From positions 9,504-73,503 of IMG/VR virus record IMGVR_UViG_3300014541_000001: a stretch of 64,000 nucleotides of DNA; one strand, written 5' to 3'. A program made the position numbers and the translations under genes. Positions within the stretch are counted from its first letter, which is position 1. Each line of letters opens with the position of its first letter. Below the pieces are notes generated by a model. That model had not been told where the DNA came from, searched no databases, and saw only the letters and a list, made by a program, of their open reading frames with translations. Positions 46,989 through 58,500 of this stretch are shown one piece after another. Source of the DNA: a virus.

Positions 46989-47059
46989 GGATTGGTAGTT
47001 TAATGGTAAAATATCTCTCTTGTAAAGAGCAGTTCACAGTTCGATTCTGTGCCTTTCCT
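46989..47059 (+). tRNA. tRNA-Thr(UGU)-like, weak acceptor stem
   Basis: Loop CTTGTAA; T-arm CACAG-TTCGATT-CTGTG; acceptor GGATTGG/CCTTTCC has two central mismatches. Confidence 0.4.
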
Positions 47060-47255
47060 CAACAAGTTAGTAACTGTCACTCTATTCAGTGAGGCTAACA
47101 CTCCTTGGCTTATAGAGTCTATTTGGTGAGCTGCCACCCACTAGTCCTGCGGAGACTAAATGAAAAAGAGCTATATTAAGATAGAGGCATGAAGGAGAGT
47201 TCCAGCAAAGGGTAAACTGGAAAGGAGTGGTACTACAATCCAAATCCACTCAAAT

Positions 47256-47328
47256 GTAGGTATGGTGTTAGTGGTCAGCATATGACATTGCCAATGTCAA
47301 GGGGTCAGTTCAAGTCTGATTATCTACT
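47256..47328 (+). tRNA. tRNA-Gly(GCC)
   Basis: Anticodon arm TGACA-TTGCCAA-TGTCA; T-arm GTCAG-TTCAAGT-CTGAT. Confidence 0.6.
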
Positions 47329-47332
47329 CAAT

Positions 47333-47403
47333 GCAGTATTGGTGTAATGGTAACATGTCACCCTTCCAAGGTGAATTTGACAGTTCGAATCTGTTATACT
47401 GCT
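47333..47403 (+). tRNA. tRNA-Gly(UCC)
   Basis: Anticodon arm TCACC-CTTCCAA-GGTGA; acceptor GCAGTAT/ATACTGC. Confidence 0.6.
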
Positions 47404-47453
47404 CATTATTGTGGGGAGATTAGGTAATCCAATTAGTCTCATAAGCTAATTAA

Positions 47454-47645
47454 GTGGGGTCGGTACCCACCCCCGCAACACTAATAGAAGAAAATATGAA
47501 GGGAGAAAACAAAATGATGCTACTAATCACTGGTGTAACCATGAGGAGTGTAGTCAATCAAGCAAATGAACTTGGAGTTCAAAAGGAAGATATAGTACAG
47601 TTGTTCCACATAGCAGGGCAAATATATCTGATTTATTACAAATAA
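47454..47645 (+). CDS. small hypothetical protein (true start probably internal, MKGENK or MMLLITG)
   Basis: 63-aa ORF after the GTGGG..CCCAC hairpin. Confidence 0.3.
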   Translation: MGSVPTPATLIEENMKGENKMMLLITGVTMRSVVNQANELGVQKEDIVQLFHIAGQIYLIYYK

Positions 47646-47654
47646 TTTGGCAAT

Positions 47655-47912
47655 ATGGAAGAGAAAATTATTAGAGCAACAGTAAAGGCAGAGCCTAAAT
47701 ACAATGTGGGCAGAACAATTAACCTTGCATCCTATGAAGCTGTTAAAGTATTCAAGAGTGTAAGGAGAGCACAAAGTAGGGGTCATGTAACCCCTTGGGG
47801 AACAATAGCACCTAAGAGACCTTTCAATAATAGAAAGAGAACAGCAGGTAGGGAAGAACAACTTCTAAGAGAAAGAATTTATGGACAAGTTAGAGCAAGA
47901 TACTCAGCATAA
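47655..47912 (+). CDS. hypothetical basic protein
   Basis: 85-aa ORF. Confidence 0.4.
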   Translation: MEEKIIRATVKAEPKYNVGRTINLASYEAVKVFKSVRRAQSRGHVTPWGTIAPKRPFNNRKRTAGREEQLLRERIYGQVRARYSA

Positions 47913-48090
47913 TGAGTATAACAATGAACCAGTAGTTTACTGTAAGAGATGCTTGTCACTTGCCATAAGGACAGAAGATGGTACTGAATATTGTGATAAG
48001 TGTGGTAGTACTGAAATAGAGAGTGCCAATATCTTTGATTGGGAGAAGATGTATGGACAGAAGTATGGTGGTAGTTATTTAAACAAATAA
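47881..48090 (+). CDS. Zn-ribbon protein
   Basis: CKRC...CDKCG. Confidence 0.4.
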   Translation: MDKLEQDTQHNEYNNEPVVYCKRCLSLAIRTEDGTEYCDKCGSTEIESANIFDWEKMYGQKYGGSYLNK

Positions 48091-48095
48091 AGGCA

Positions 48096-48407
48096 ATGGA
48101 AAAAGAAATGAAAGTTGATGCTAATGCACAACATACTGCATGTGATAGTAAAGGATGTAATCAAGAAATGGATTATGGTCAATTGAGAAATGTAGCTATT
48201 CAATTATCAGCTCAGAATCAAGAACTTAGGAAACAAGTTCAAGAGCTTGATATGGCTAACTTCTTTAAGAGACTGGATTACTTATGGGATATTATCCATA
48301 GTACTTCTCCTTATTTATCTGAGGAATTTAAAGTAAAATCGGGTAGAGAATATATGGAAATGATGGCTAAGCCTGAAGTTCCTGAAGAAACAACTGATAA
48401 AGAATAG
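48096..48407 (+). CDS. hypothetical protein
   Basis: 103-aa ORF. Confidence 0.4.
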   Translation: MEKEMKVDANAQHTACDSKGCNQEMDYGQLRNVAIQLSAQNQELRKQVQELDMANFFKRLDYLWDIIHSTSPYLSEEFKVKSGREYMEMMAKPEVPEETTDKE

Positions 48408-48411
48408 AATT

Positions 48412-48795
48412 ATGAGCAAAGGAATTAATAACGTAGTTAGAATTCCTTGCAAGCTAGATAGTAAATTCTTTAGGTATTGGTTTGAGTTCCTACAACCTTT
48501 TCATCATCTTACTGAAAGAGAGATGGATGTGATTACCTCTCTGGTAAAATATAGATATGAACTTAGCAAAGTTATATCTGATAATGAGATACTGGACAAA
48601 GTAACAATGGGAGATGATACTAAGAGAAAAGTAATGGAAGAGTGTGGTATAACTCTTCCTTACCTTCAGGTAATCTTAGGTAAGTTAAAGAAGAACAGGG
48701 TAATAATTGATGGAAAGATTAACCCTAGGTACATACCTAATATTATAGAAGAAAATAATTCATTCAAGTTAATGCTGTTATTTGATTTCTCATGA
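48412..48795 (+). CDS. hypothetical protein
   Basis: 127-aa ORF. Confidence 0.4.
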   Translation: MSKGINNVVRIPCKLDSKFFRYWFEFLQPFHHLTEREMDVITSLVKYRYELSKVISDNEILDKVTMGDDTKRKVMEECGITLPYLQVILGKLKKNRVIIDGKINPRYIPNIIEENNSFKLMLLFDFS

Positions 48796-49091
48796 CCTAT
48801 CAAGATGCAATCAAACAAATATCTGCTGAATTGAATTTACCTCTTGAGGTAGTTAAGAGAGCCTATGAATCCTATTGGGAGTTTATTAGGACTACTATTC
48901 AAAGCTTGCCTTTGAAGGAAGACTTGACTGAAGAACAATTTAAGAAGTTAAGGACTAATTTTAATATTCCATCAATAGGAAAGATGAGCTGTACCTACGA
49001 TAGATATGTAGGTATGAAGAAACATTATCATCACATACAGAAATTAAGAGCAAATGATAACAACAATAAAGAAAGTCAAACCTCTGTTTAA
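48792..49091 (+). CDS. hypothetical protein
   Basis: 99-aa ORF. Confidence 0.4.
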   Translation: MTYQDAIKQISAELNLPLEVVKRAYESYWEFIRTTIQSLPLKEDLTEEQFKKLRTNFNIPSIGKMSCTYDRYVGMKKHYHHIQKLRANDNNNKESQTSV

Positions 49092-49473
49092 TGGTGTAAT
49101 TACCACCATGAACAAATATGGAACTGAGTATTTAAAAGGTACTACTATAATAGATACTAGTATTAGTGATACTGTAAAAGAATATCAGACAGTAGTAGCT
49201 GTAGGACCACAAGTGAAAGGTGTAGAAGTAGGAGATGTAGTATATATTAATCCTAAAAGATATGCTGTTATGAAGCATAAGGAAGGTACTCTACAAGATG
49301 GTACTATTAAGGATAATCCTGTAATAGGATACAAGTTTGATATAATTGAAATTGACAATGTTCCCCATCTATATATCTTTGATAACGACATTAAGTTTGT
49401 AGCAGAGATTGAGGAATTTGATGAAAATCCTACTCTGGTTATGCCAGAGTCACCAAAAATAGAGTTAAACTAA
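49054..49473 (+). CDS. GroES/Cpn10-like co-chaperonin (gp31-like)
   Basis: VKPLFNGVITTM...QTVVAVGPQVKGVEVGDVVYI parallels GroES IRPLHDRVIVKR...GEVLAVGNGR..VKVGDIVIF. Confidence 0.45.
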   Translation: MITTIKKVKPLFNGVITTMNKYGTEYLKGTTIIDTSISDTVKEYQTVVAVGPQVKGVEVGDVVYINPKRYAVMKHKEGTLQDGTIKDNPVIGYKFDIIEIDNVPHLYIFDNDIKFVAEIEEFDENPTLVMPESPKIELN

Positions 49474-49479
49474 AATAGA

Positions 49480-49514
49480 CCCTGCCTGCATTAAGCAGGT
49501 GGGGTTTTTCTTTT
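49480..49514 (+). terminator. intrinsic terminator (plus strand)
   Basis: CCTGCCTGCATTAAGCAGGTGGGG followed by TTTTTCTTTT. Confidence 0.55.
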
Positions 49515-49521
49515 ATGAACT

Positions 49522-50079
49522 ATGAAACTTATAAAATATGAGAACTACCAGATAGTAATAGCAGATGAGCTATTACTTATAAGACAAGCAAGACAGCTTC
49601 TTAATGCTGATAGAACAGCTACTAAGGAAAACTTCCTTAGACAGATAAGCTATATGTACTTCATGTATGACCCTGAAAGTACTTACGGTTATCTAACTGA
49701 TGAAGCTGAAAGAGCTAAAGCTGTTATAGAACAAGAAGGTTTAGGTAAAGACTTTAAACCTGATAAGAAGCTAAATGAGCTAATAGAGATATATAAGCAA
49801 CATGTAATAACTACATCCTATCTTCTATTGCAGGATAATAGAGTTGCTATTGATAAGATTAGGGAGTTTCTTAGGAATGTAGACCTTACACAAGTTGATG
49901 ATAAAGGTAAGCCTATTTATCCCATTAATCAGGTAACAGCTACTATTAAACTTGTACCTGATTTAGCTGCTGCCAATAGGAAAGCAGAAAGAGACCTTGC
50001 TAAGGAAATTGAGGAGAACTCAAGGGCTAGAGGTATACAGGAGAAGAAGTTATTTGAAGATGGATTAGATATAAATTAA
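49522..50079 (+). CDS. hypothetical protein
   Basis: 185-aa ORF. Confidence 0.45.
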   Translation: MKLIKYENYQIVIADELLLIRQARQLLNADRTATKENFLRQISYMYFMYDPESTYGYLTDEAERAKAVIEQEGLGKDFKPDKKLNELIEIYKQHVITTSYLLLQDNRVAIDKIREFLRNVDLTQVDDKGKPIYPINQVTATIKLVPDLAAANRKAERDLAKEIEENSRARGIQEKKLFEDGLDIN

Positions 50080-50081
50080 TT

Positions 50082-50399
50082 ATGGAAGCAGTAGATATAG
50101 TAGAAGCATTAAATCAATTTCATGAGAAATTAGCAGGTAAAGTAGGTGGACAGTTTGTACTACAAAAGAGCCTGTTACCTGATGAAAGTTTCAAGGCTTA
50201 TAAGAAGTTAAGTCTTATTGTATGGTATGTGAATGGTTCCAATAAGCTTAGAGCACTTCAGGTCAACAAAGTAGCTAGAATGATAAGTGACAAGGAGATT
50301 GCTATTGCTCACAAGGAAGCTTGTACTGAATTAACTAAGACAATGCTTGACTTTGTAGCAGGCAATGATTATGTAAGTTTGGTTTATGGAGCTAAATAA
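50082..50399 (+). CDS. hypothetical protein
   Basis: 105-aa ORF. Confidence 0.4.
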   Translation: MEAVDIVEALNQFHEKLAGKVGGQFVLQKSLLPDESFKAYKKLSLIVWYVNGSNKLRALQVNKVARMISDKEIAIAHKEACTELTKTMLDFVAGNDYVSLVYGAK

Positions 50400-52635
50400 A
50401 TACCAGTCCACTTTTGAGGATTTACAACTGGATAGTTATCCTCAAGAGGTACAGGATGAATTTATGGATGCTATCAATTCAGTTCCTTTAATTCAACATC
50501 TTATTAGTCCTAATAGACCTCTAGCTAAGGACTGTCCTAGGGATGAAAAGGGTAGAATTATAGTAGATTTAACTAATCCACCAATAATTGAGGATACTGA
50601 TTACTTTAGACCTGTTGCTCTGTTCTATAAAGAACATGGTAAAATGACTAACTTAAGACCTAATGCTAACCCAAACAGTGAGTTTGGCAAATGGATTAGG
50701 GAAGAAATCAGAAGAATATGGTATGGTTATGTCAGGGAATCTGATGGAGCATGGGTAACTGGAGATATGTATTTCTATTTGAATTATTGTCCTATCATTC
50801 AATCTAAGATTAGAAAAGGTACTAAGATTGCAGATAGAATTGTTGATACTCCAGAGTTCTGGGAAGGAATATGGTGGAGGTCTAATTATATAGAACAAGC
50901 AAGAAATCTAGGACATCACTGTGCTGAAATTGCAAAAAGAGGGGCTTCGAAGTCGTACTTTGTAGCCTCAATTCTTGCTAAGTTATTCATACTTGGAGAG
51001 AATGAAGATACCAGTAAGTCAGTTAGGGCAATGGTTACTGCATACCAAAAGGAGTACTTAGTTAAAGATGGTACTTTGAATAAGTTTGTAGAGATGATAG
51101 ACTATATAGCTCAAAACACAGAATTTCCTTCAAAGAGACTTAGGTCTTCCTTGCAGGATATGCAATGGAAAATGGGTTATGTAGACCTTGATACAGGTAC
51201 ACAGAGAGGTACACTTAATGAGATTATAGGTGTTTCATCTAAGGATGACCCTGATAAGTTAAGGGGTAAGAGGTCCTCAAGAATAATAATTGAAGAGTTT
51301 GGTAATTTCCCCAAGGTAACAGATACATATAGGGTTATTCTTCCTTCAGTACAGGAAGGTAATATTGTCTTTGGGCAGATGATTCTTATTGGTACAGGTG
51401 GTTCTGAAGGTGCAGACTTTGCTGGTGCTAATGAAATTATCTACAATCCTTTAGGCTTTAATATATATGCCATACCTAATGTGTATGACAGGTCAGCACA
51501 AGGTAAGAATAACACTATCTTCTTCTTTGGTGCCTATGTGAATAGGAAAGGATGCTATAACCATGATGGAGTATCTGATGTAACCAAGGCACTACTTGAA
51601 CTGTGTTATGATAGGTATCTTGTCAAGTATAACACAACAGATTCAATGGCTTTAACAAGAACTAAGGCAGAGAATCCTATTACACTTCAAGAGGCTATCA
51701 TGAGAAGAGATAGTACCTTATTCCCAGTAGCTACTATCATGGATAGAATACATCAGATAGATGGTAATCCTAATGAGTATGATGATGTATATGTTGGTGA
51801 ACTTGAACTAAAGAAAGATGGTAAAGTAGAATTTAAGCCTACCAGTGCACAGCCCATAAGACATTTCCCACACAAAGATAATAAACTTGAAGGAGCTGTT
51901 GAGATATTCAAGATGCCTGAACTTGATAGGGATGGCAAACCATTCAATGGTAGATATATTGCATCTCAAGACCCTTATGATGATGATAGTGCAGAGACAA
52001 TGTCTTTAGGCTCTACTTTCATACTTGACTTGTGGACTGACAAGATTGTTGCAGAATATACAGGCAGACCAATGTTTGCTGATGATTATTATGAAACATC
52101 CAGAAGAATGTGCTTATTCTATAATGCAAGGATGAATTATGAGAATAACAAGAAGGGATTATTTGCCTATTTCTCAAAGATGAATTGCCTGTATCTTCTT
52201 ACAGATGTATTGGAGTTCCTTAAGGATAAAGATATGGTTAAAGGGCAATTATATGGCAATAAGGCTAAGGGTACTAACGCTACTACTCCTATTAATGCTT
52301 ATGCAAGAACTCTTATAAGAAACTGGCTGCTTAAACCAGTAGTAACTGTACAGGTTGTTGATGGGGAAGAACAAGAAGTAACAGTACCTAATCTGATGTT
52401 CATCAAGTCTAAAGCTCTACTTCAAGAACTTGCTCAATGGAATCCTGATGGTAACTTTGATAGGGTTTCATCCTTAGGTATGTTGATGCTTTTAAGGGAA
52501 GATAAGATGATTACTTTAGGAGGTGATGTCTCAAAGGCTATTGAACACAATAATGAAAGTGACCTTAGTAACGATAAATTCTTCAAGAAGAACTATGATT
52601 TAAGATTCAAGAAAACAGTAAATTTAGTAAAATAG
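50386..52635 (+). CDS. terminase large subunit (ATPase + RNase-H-like nuclease)
   Basis: Walker A-like AEIAKRGASKSY; Walker B IIIEEFGNFP; nuclease acidic motif IASQDPYDDD; 749 aa. Confidence 0.7.
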   Translation: MELNKYQSTFEDLQLDSYPQEVQDEFMDAINSVPLIQHLISPNRPLAKDCPRDEKGRIIVDLTNPPIIEDTDYFRPVALFYKEHGKMTNLRPNANPNSEFGKWIREEIRRIWYGYVRESDGAWVTGDMYFYLNYCPIIQSKIRKGTKIADRIVDTPEFWEGIWWRSNYIEQARNLGHHCAEIAKRGASKSYFVASILAKLFILGENEDTSKSVRAMVTAYQKEYLVKDGTLNKFVEMIDYIAQNTEFPSKRLRSSLQDMQWKMGYVDLDTGTQRGTLNEIIGVSSKDDPDKLRGKRSSRIIIEEFGNFPKVTDTYRVILPSVQEGNIVFGQMILIGTGGSEGADFAGANEIIYNPLGFNIYAIPNVYDRSAQGKNNTIFFFGAYVNRKGCYNHDGVSDVTKALLELCYDRYLVKYNTTDSMALTRTKAENPITLQEAIMRRDSTLFPVATIMDRIHQIDGNPNEYDDVYVGELELKKDGKVEFKPTSAQPIRHFPHKDNKLEGAVEIFKMPELDRDGKPFNGRYIASQDPYDDDSAETMSLGSTFILDLWTDKIVAEYTGRPMFADDYYETSRRMCLFYNARMNYENNKKGLFAYFSKMNCLYLLTDVLEFLKDKDMVKGQLYGNKAKGTNATTPINAYARTLIRNWLLKPVVTVQVVDGEEQEVTVPNLMFIKSKALLQELAQWNPDGNFDRVSSLGMLMLLREDKMITLGGDVSKAIEHNNESDLSNDKFFKKNYDLRFKKTVNLVK

Positions 52636-52719
52636 TATGAAAGTCTTAGTAAATTCATTATCCTATTGTATTAGTAACCTGTTTGATATACTTTTGTATC
52701 AAATTAATAATGGAGGACT

Positions 52720-55158
52720 ATGGCAGATAACATAAACTTTCCCAGACAGATGCTTCCATTCTCTAAGAAAACAAAGCACTGGAGAAAGCAGTGTCTGTTA
52801 TGGGCAAATAATAAAACCTTTTTTAACTATAGTCTGGTAAGGAAGTCAGTTATTCATAAGAAGATTAACTATGATTTACTTAATGGCAGGTTGCATATAA
52901 ATGATATGCAATTAGTACTTAACCCAGATAATATAGAAGCAGGTTATATTCCTGATAACATACAACATTATCCTATAATTAATAGTAAGCTTAATGTTCT
53001 TAGAGGAGAAGAATCTAAAAGGGTATTCGATTTTAAGGTAGTAGTAACTAATCCTACTGCAATTTCAGAAATTGAGGATAACAAGAAGGCTGAACTCCTA
53101 CAAAGAGTGCAGGAAATAATACAGGATAATTCAATTTCAGAAGAGGAATTTAACCAAAAACTAGAGAAGCTTAATGATTATTATACTTATGAATGGCAAG
53201 ACCTTAAGGAAGTAAGAGCTAATCAGCTTTTAAATCATTATATAAAAGAGCTAAATATGCCTCTTATATTCAATAATGGATTTATGGATGCAATGACTTG
53301 TGGAGAGGAAATCTACCAATGTGATATTGTAGGTGGAGAACCAGTGATTGAGAGAATAAATCCATTGAAAATTAGGGTATTCAAGTCAGGATATAGTAAT
53401 AAAATTGAAGATGCTGACATCATTATTCTTGAGGACTATTGGTCTCCGGGTAGGATAATAGATACATACTATGATGTTCTAACTAAGAAAGACATAGAGT
53501 ATATAGAAAATATGCCTGATTTTGTTGGACAAGGTGCTACTGATAGTGCTGATAACATAGATGAGAGATATGGATTCATTAATGCTAGTATGGTTAGTGA
53601 TGAAATAACTACATCAAATGGTAACTATTATTTTGACCCTGCTAATCTATTTGGTGGTGAAGGAATAGCAAACTCACTTATGCCTTATGATTTAGCAGGT
53701 AATATTAGGGTTCTTAGACTATTCTGGAAATCAAAGAAAGCTATCCTTAAGGTTAAATCTTATGACCCTGAAACTGGAGAAGAGATATATGACTTCTATC
53801 CAGAGAATTATATTATAGATGAGGATAATGGAGAAGAAGCACAAAGATTCTGGATTAATGAGGCTTGGGAAGGTACTCTTATAGGAGATGCAAAAGATGG
53901 CATCTTTGTTAATATGAGACCAAGACCTATTCAATATAACAGATTAAGTAATCCATCAAGATGCCACTTTGGTATTATAGGTTCTATATATAATCTTAAT
54001 GATAGCAGACCATTCTCAATGGTAGATATGATGAAGTCATATAATTATTTATATGATGCTATTCATGATAGACTTAACAAGGCAATAGCTAACAATTGGG
54101 GTTCTATATTAGAACTTGACCTTGCTAAGGTTCCTAGAGACTGGGATATTGAAAAGTGGATTTACTTTGCTAAGGTTAATCATCTTGCTATTACAGATAG
54201 CTTTAAGGAAGGAACAATAGGGGCATCTACAGGAAAACTTGCTGGAGGACTTAATAATGCAAGCAGAGGTATGATAGAGACCAATGTTGGTAACTACATA
54301 CAACAACTTATAAATCTGCTTGAGTTTATTAAGATGGAGATGTCTGAAGTAGTAGGTATCTCAAAACAGAGAGAAGGACAAATAAGTAATAGAGAAACTG
54401 TAGGTGGAGTAGAAAGAGCTACTTTACAATCAAGTCATATTACTGAATGGATGTTCACAATACATGATGATGTTAAAAAGAGAGCACTTGAATGCTTCTT
54501 GGAGACTTCAAAGATTGCACTTAAAGGCAGGAATAAGAAGTTTCAGTACATACTATCAGATACCTCAATGAGAGTTATGGATATTGATGGAGATGAATTT
54601 GCAGAAGCTGATTATGGTCTTGTAGTTGATAATAGTAATGGTACTCAAGAATTGCAATCAAAACTTGATACTCTTGCACAGGCAGCTCTTCAAACACAGA
54701 CCCTTTCATTCTCTACTATTACTAAGCTCTATACCTCAAGTAGCCTAGCTGAAAAGCAAAGACTTATTGAGAGAGATGAGAAGGCTATTCAAGAAAGACA
54801 AGCTCAGGCTCAACAGCAACAGTTACAGGCTCAGCAACAACAAGCAGAAATGCAAATTGAACAGAAGAGAATGGAACTTGAACAGAAGGATGCACAGAAT
54901 ATCAGAGATAATCAGACCAAGATACAGGTAGCACTTATAGGTGCTCAAAGTAAAGCAACTGATATTGAAGGTGACGGTATTGCTCCTGATGAGTTTAGTG
55001 CTGAAGCTAAGGCTAATCTTGAAGAGAAGATTAGAGAATTTGATGATAAACTTAAACTTGAAAGGGATAAGTTGAACCATCAAAAGAAGAAAGATGAGGA
55101 AGATGCAGAAATCAAGAGAGCTGCTCTTAGAAAGAGAACTAATACAACAAGTAAATAA
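52720..55158 (+). CDS. putative portal protein
   Basis: 812-aa ORF immediately after TerL; Gln-rich coiled-coil C-terminus. Confidence 0.5.
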   Translation: MADNINFPRQMLPFSKKTKHWRKQCLLWANNKTFFNYSLVRKSVIHKKINYDLLNGRLHINDMQLVLNPDNIEAGYIPDNIQHYPIINSKLNVLRGEESKRVFDFKVVVTNPTAISEIEDNKKAELLQRVQEIIQDNSISEEEFNQKLEKLNDYYTYEWQDLKEVRANQLLNHYIKELNMPLIFNNGFMDAMTCGEEIYQCDIVGGEPVIERINPLKIRVFKSGYSNKIEDADIIILEDYWSPGRIIDTYYDVLTKKDIEYIENMPDFVGQGATDSADNIDERYGFINASMVSDEITTSNGNYYFDPANLFGGEGIANSLMPYDLAGNIRVLRLFWKSKKAILKVKSYDPETGEEIYDFYPENYIIDEDNGEEAQRFWINEAWEGTLIGDAKDGIFVNMRPRPIQYNRLSNPSRCHFGIIGSIYNLNDSRPFSMVDMMKSYNYLYDAIHDRLNKAIANNWGSILELDLAKVPRDWDIEKWIYFAKVNHLAITDSFKEGTIGASTGKLAGGLNNASRGMIETNVGNYIQQLINLLEFIKMEMSEVVGISKQREGQISNRETVGGVERATLQSSHITEWMFTIHDDVKKRALECFLETSKIALKGRNKKFQYILSDTSMRVMDIDGDEFAEADYGLVVDNSNGTQELQSKLDTLAQAALQTQTLSFSTITKLYTSSSLAEKQRLIERDEKAIQERQAQAQQQQLQAQQQQAEMQIEQKRMELEQKDAQNIRDNQTKIQVALIGAQSKATDIEGDGIAPDEFSAEAKANLEEKIREFDDKLKLERDKLNHQKKKDEEDAEIKRAALRKRTNTTSK

Positions 55159-55160
55159 CT

Positions 55161-55574
55161 ATGAGACACTTTAATACGATTATAGAACAATCTACTCCCC
55201 CTGCAACCAATGCTATTTGGTTGTCAGGTGGTAGTATGAAATACTTCACTAACGGTAAATGGACTCCTGTAGGAGAAAGTGAGGAAGTATCATGGGATGA
55301 TATTAAGGATAAACCTGATAATCTTGCTACTACTGACCTTGCTACTACAACAACTGCGGGACTTATGTCACAGAGTGACAAGTCTAAGTTGGATAGTATT
55401 GCTAATAATGCTAATGCTTATGTACTACCAGCTGCTACTACAAAGACCAGAGGTGGTATTAATGCAACAGCTCCTATAGCTGACCTAGCATCAGATGCTG
55501 ATGCAGCAACAATTACAACTAAGTTAAATAGCCTATTAGCTGCTCTTAGAACAGCAGGCGTAATATCAGTATAA
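55161..55574 (+). CDS. small tail-fibre-like protein sharing an N-terminal module with the next gene
   Basis: MRHFNTIIEQSTPPATNAIW...KYFTNGKW vs MRRFNTIIESANPPGRNQLW...RYFSEDRW. Confidence 0.45.
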   Translation: MRHFNTIIEQSTPPATNAIWLSGGSMKYFTNGKWTPVGESEEVSWDDIKDKPDNLATTDLATTTTAGLMSQSDKSKLDSIANNANAYVLPAATTKTRGGINATAPIADLASDADAATITTKLNSLLAALRTAGVISV

Positions 55575-55578
55575 GAAC

Positions 55579-58500
55579 ATGAGAAGGTTTAACACAATAA
55601 TAGAGTCCGCTAATCCTCCCGGTAGAAACCAGCTGTGGATAGACCATAAGAAGCTGAGATACTTCTCTGAAGACAGGTGGCAGTTACTTGGTGGAGGTGA
55701 AATTAATCCACCTGAAATCAGTGACCATGATACTTGGATTATAGAAGGGGTCGATACTGGTAAACCTTCAAGAGGAGAGAAAGGACAAACTGGTGAAGCA
55801 GGTCCAACACCTTTATTCAGAACTACAGATACAGCTGTTGAATACAGTTATGATGGTATTGAATGGGAACAACTTGTTCCATTAACTGACTTTCAGATAC
55901 ACAATAATCCTGATGAGGAGGATATTACAACTGTTGATGGTAAGCTGAAACTAAAGGATAAGGCTTATTTAACCTCACAATTTAGTGGCTTAGGTAGAGT
56001 GTACCTTAGAAAGAACATACAAGGTGGCAAGAACATTCTTACACAAGAGATGATTAATGCTGAGAATACCTTGTATTCTATTCAATATGACTATGACCTT
56101 AATGGTGCTACTATCACTATACCTAATAACTCTATGTTATATTTCTTTGGTGGTAGTTTAAAGAATGGTACTTTATCATTACCTTTTAGTCCTACTGTAT
56201 TAGAAGGTAGGGTTAAGATGACTCAAGTAACAGTCAACTATACAGCAGGTAATTACTCATTGAATGATAATAATACCTTATGTCTTAACTGCCTTGATTT
56301 ACCTAGCCATCTATCAAAGTATAACCTTCCTACTGATGGTGTTACAGACTGTGCACCTTATTTGAATGGTCTATTTGAGGAGCTGGCAAAGAATAACTAT
56401 AATAACCAAAGGAGAAATATAATAGTCATTATCCCTGAAATTACTAAGGGGCTTGTTGCTAAGAGTACTATAGAATGTAGATGTAAATATATTGAGGTTA
56501 GACTGAGTTCTAATATAAGGTTTGACTTCTCTGATATAGTACTGACTGATAACTCTTCTGTAACAAGACATTGTTTCTACTTTAATGGGGGAGTTATTAA
56601 GTTTGTTGGTATGCCTAATGCAGGTGTATATCCAACAATAGATGGTGGTATTGATACAGTTCAGGGGATTAAAGAAGCTAATGCATCTGCTAACTTCCAT
56701 AGTAACACTGTATATATTATAGGTCAGATAAGTGCTGAACTACAAGGTGTGAAAGTTACTAATGGATTTAATAATGTACAGGTAGCAAGTCCTAATAATG
56801 TTCAAGTTAACAATGTATATAGTACCTTAGCTAAATATGATAATGGTATTCATGTATCTGCTATAGAGTCCTCAAGTGGTAAGATTACAACAAGGGCTAT
56901 AGTATCTAACTGTTTAGTTGAGGGAGCAAAGGATATTGGTATTGATGTATCAACTCCTAGTGCTATTGTACAGAACTGTGTGTGTAGGAACTGTGGTAAT
57001 AATGATGGTTATAATGCTGGTGGTGGATTTGGAGTAGAATTTCTTCAAACAGTGCCAGAGGTTATCAATATTATGTTCCTTAACTGTACTGCTAAGGACT
57101 GTAATAACTATGGTTTCTATACAGCCTGTGGAGGTATCACTTATAATGGTTGTACAGTAGATGGTGTAATTGCTACTACATCAGCTTATCCTAATAATGT
57201 ATATCAGCTAAGAACTGGTACAGCCTTCTTGAATGAAGGTAAGGAGAACCTCAATGCTGATACTCTTATTAGAGTTGATAACTGTAATATTAAAGGTGCA
57301 CAGCATGTTGTTCATTTAAGGGAAAGTAAAGCTTCTGCCAATATATATAATAGTATATGTAACACTGTTAACTTTGCATTAGCAGAGAGTGATGCTAATA
57401 AAGTATATTTAAGTGAGGATAGTAGTGCTACATATCAGACATTATATCTTACTTCATTTAATAATAATGGTATAGCATATAAGAAGTGTATTCTATGGGT
57501 ACCAAAAGGTATTAGCTTAGATAGGCCTTCCTCTCCTGAAGTTGGTATGCAATTCTTTGACACTACTATAGGTAAGCCTGTATGGTGGACTGGTACTCAA
57601 TGGATGGAAGCATCATCAGGTTCTACTGGAGCCACTGGTAATAGTACTAAAGTTATGTATGCAAAGACCAGTAGTCCAAATGTTACTCCCGTAGTTATAA
57701 GTGATAATATTAATCCCGGTAGTATCTGGGGTACTGCTATACCAAGTAGAACAAGTACAGAGGCTATATGGGGCATACAAGCTAGTGTAACTGCTGATAA
57801 TCAGTTAGCTAGTCCTTGGGAAGGACCTTACCTTATGACAGGTATCAATGGTGAAGATGGTAAAGACGGGACTAACGGTACAGATGGTAAGGATGCAGTT
57901 ACTCCTAACTGGTACACTTATGTATTCAAGCTAAGTGATAGTAAGCCTTCAGGACCTACTAGTAATGACCCTAATAATCCGGGCAATGGGTGGCTTGACT
58001 ATCCTAATGCTAATGGTAATTGGTGGCAATGTATTGGTACTGTTAATGGAGTTACAGGTAAAGTAACTGAATGGAGTGAAGTTATTCCTTTAAATGGTAG
58101 AGATGGACAAGACGGTCAAGATGGACAAGATGGTACTGCCCAAGATGGTAGATATACAGAGTTCAGATTTGCTAAGACTACAGGTTCTACTCCTTCTTTA
58201 AATAAGACATTAAGAGACCCTAGTGGATGGACTGTTGCTTTCCCTACTATAAGTGAGGGAGAAATCCTATGGATGATTAAAGCAGTCATCAATCCTGATG
58301 ATACTCTATATACTAATTGGGATGGTCCTATTAGAATAAGTGGAGAAAGAGGTCCTCAAGGAAATACTGGTCCAGCAGGTAAGGATGGTGCAACAGGTAG
58401 TCAAGGTATTGCAGGTATTCCCGGTGTAGATATAGAATTAAGATATAGTTTAGGAACTTCTACTACTTATGATGCATCTTGGAACTCAAGGATACAATCT

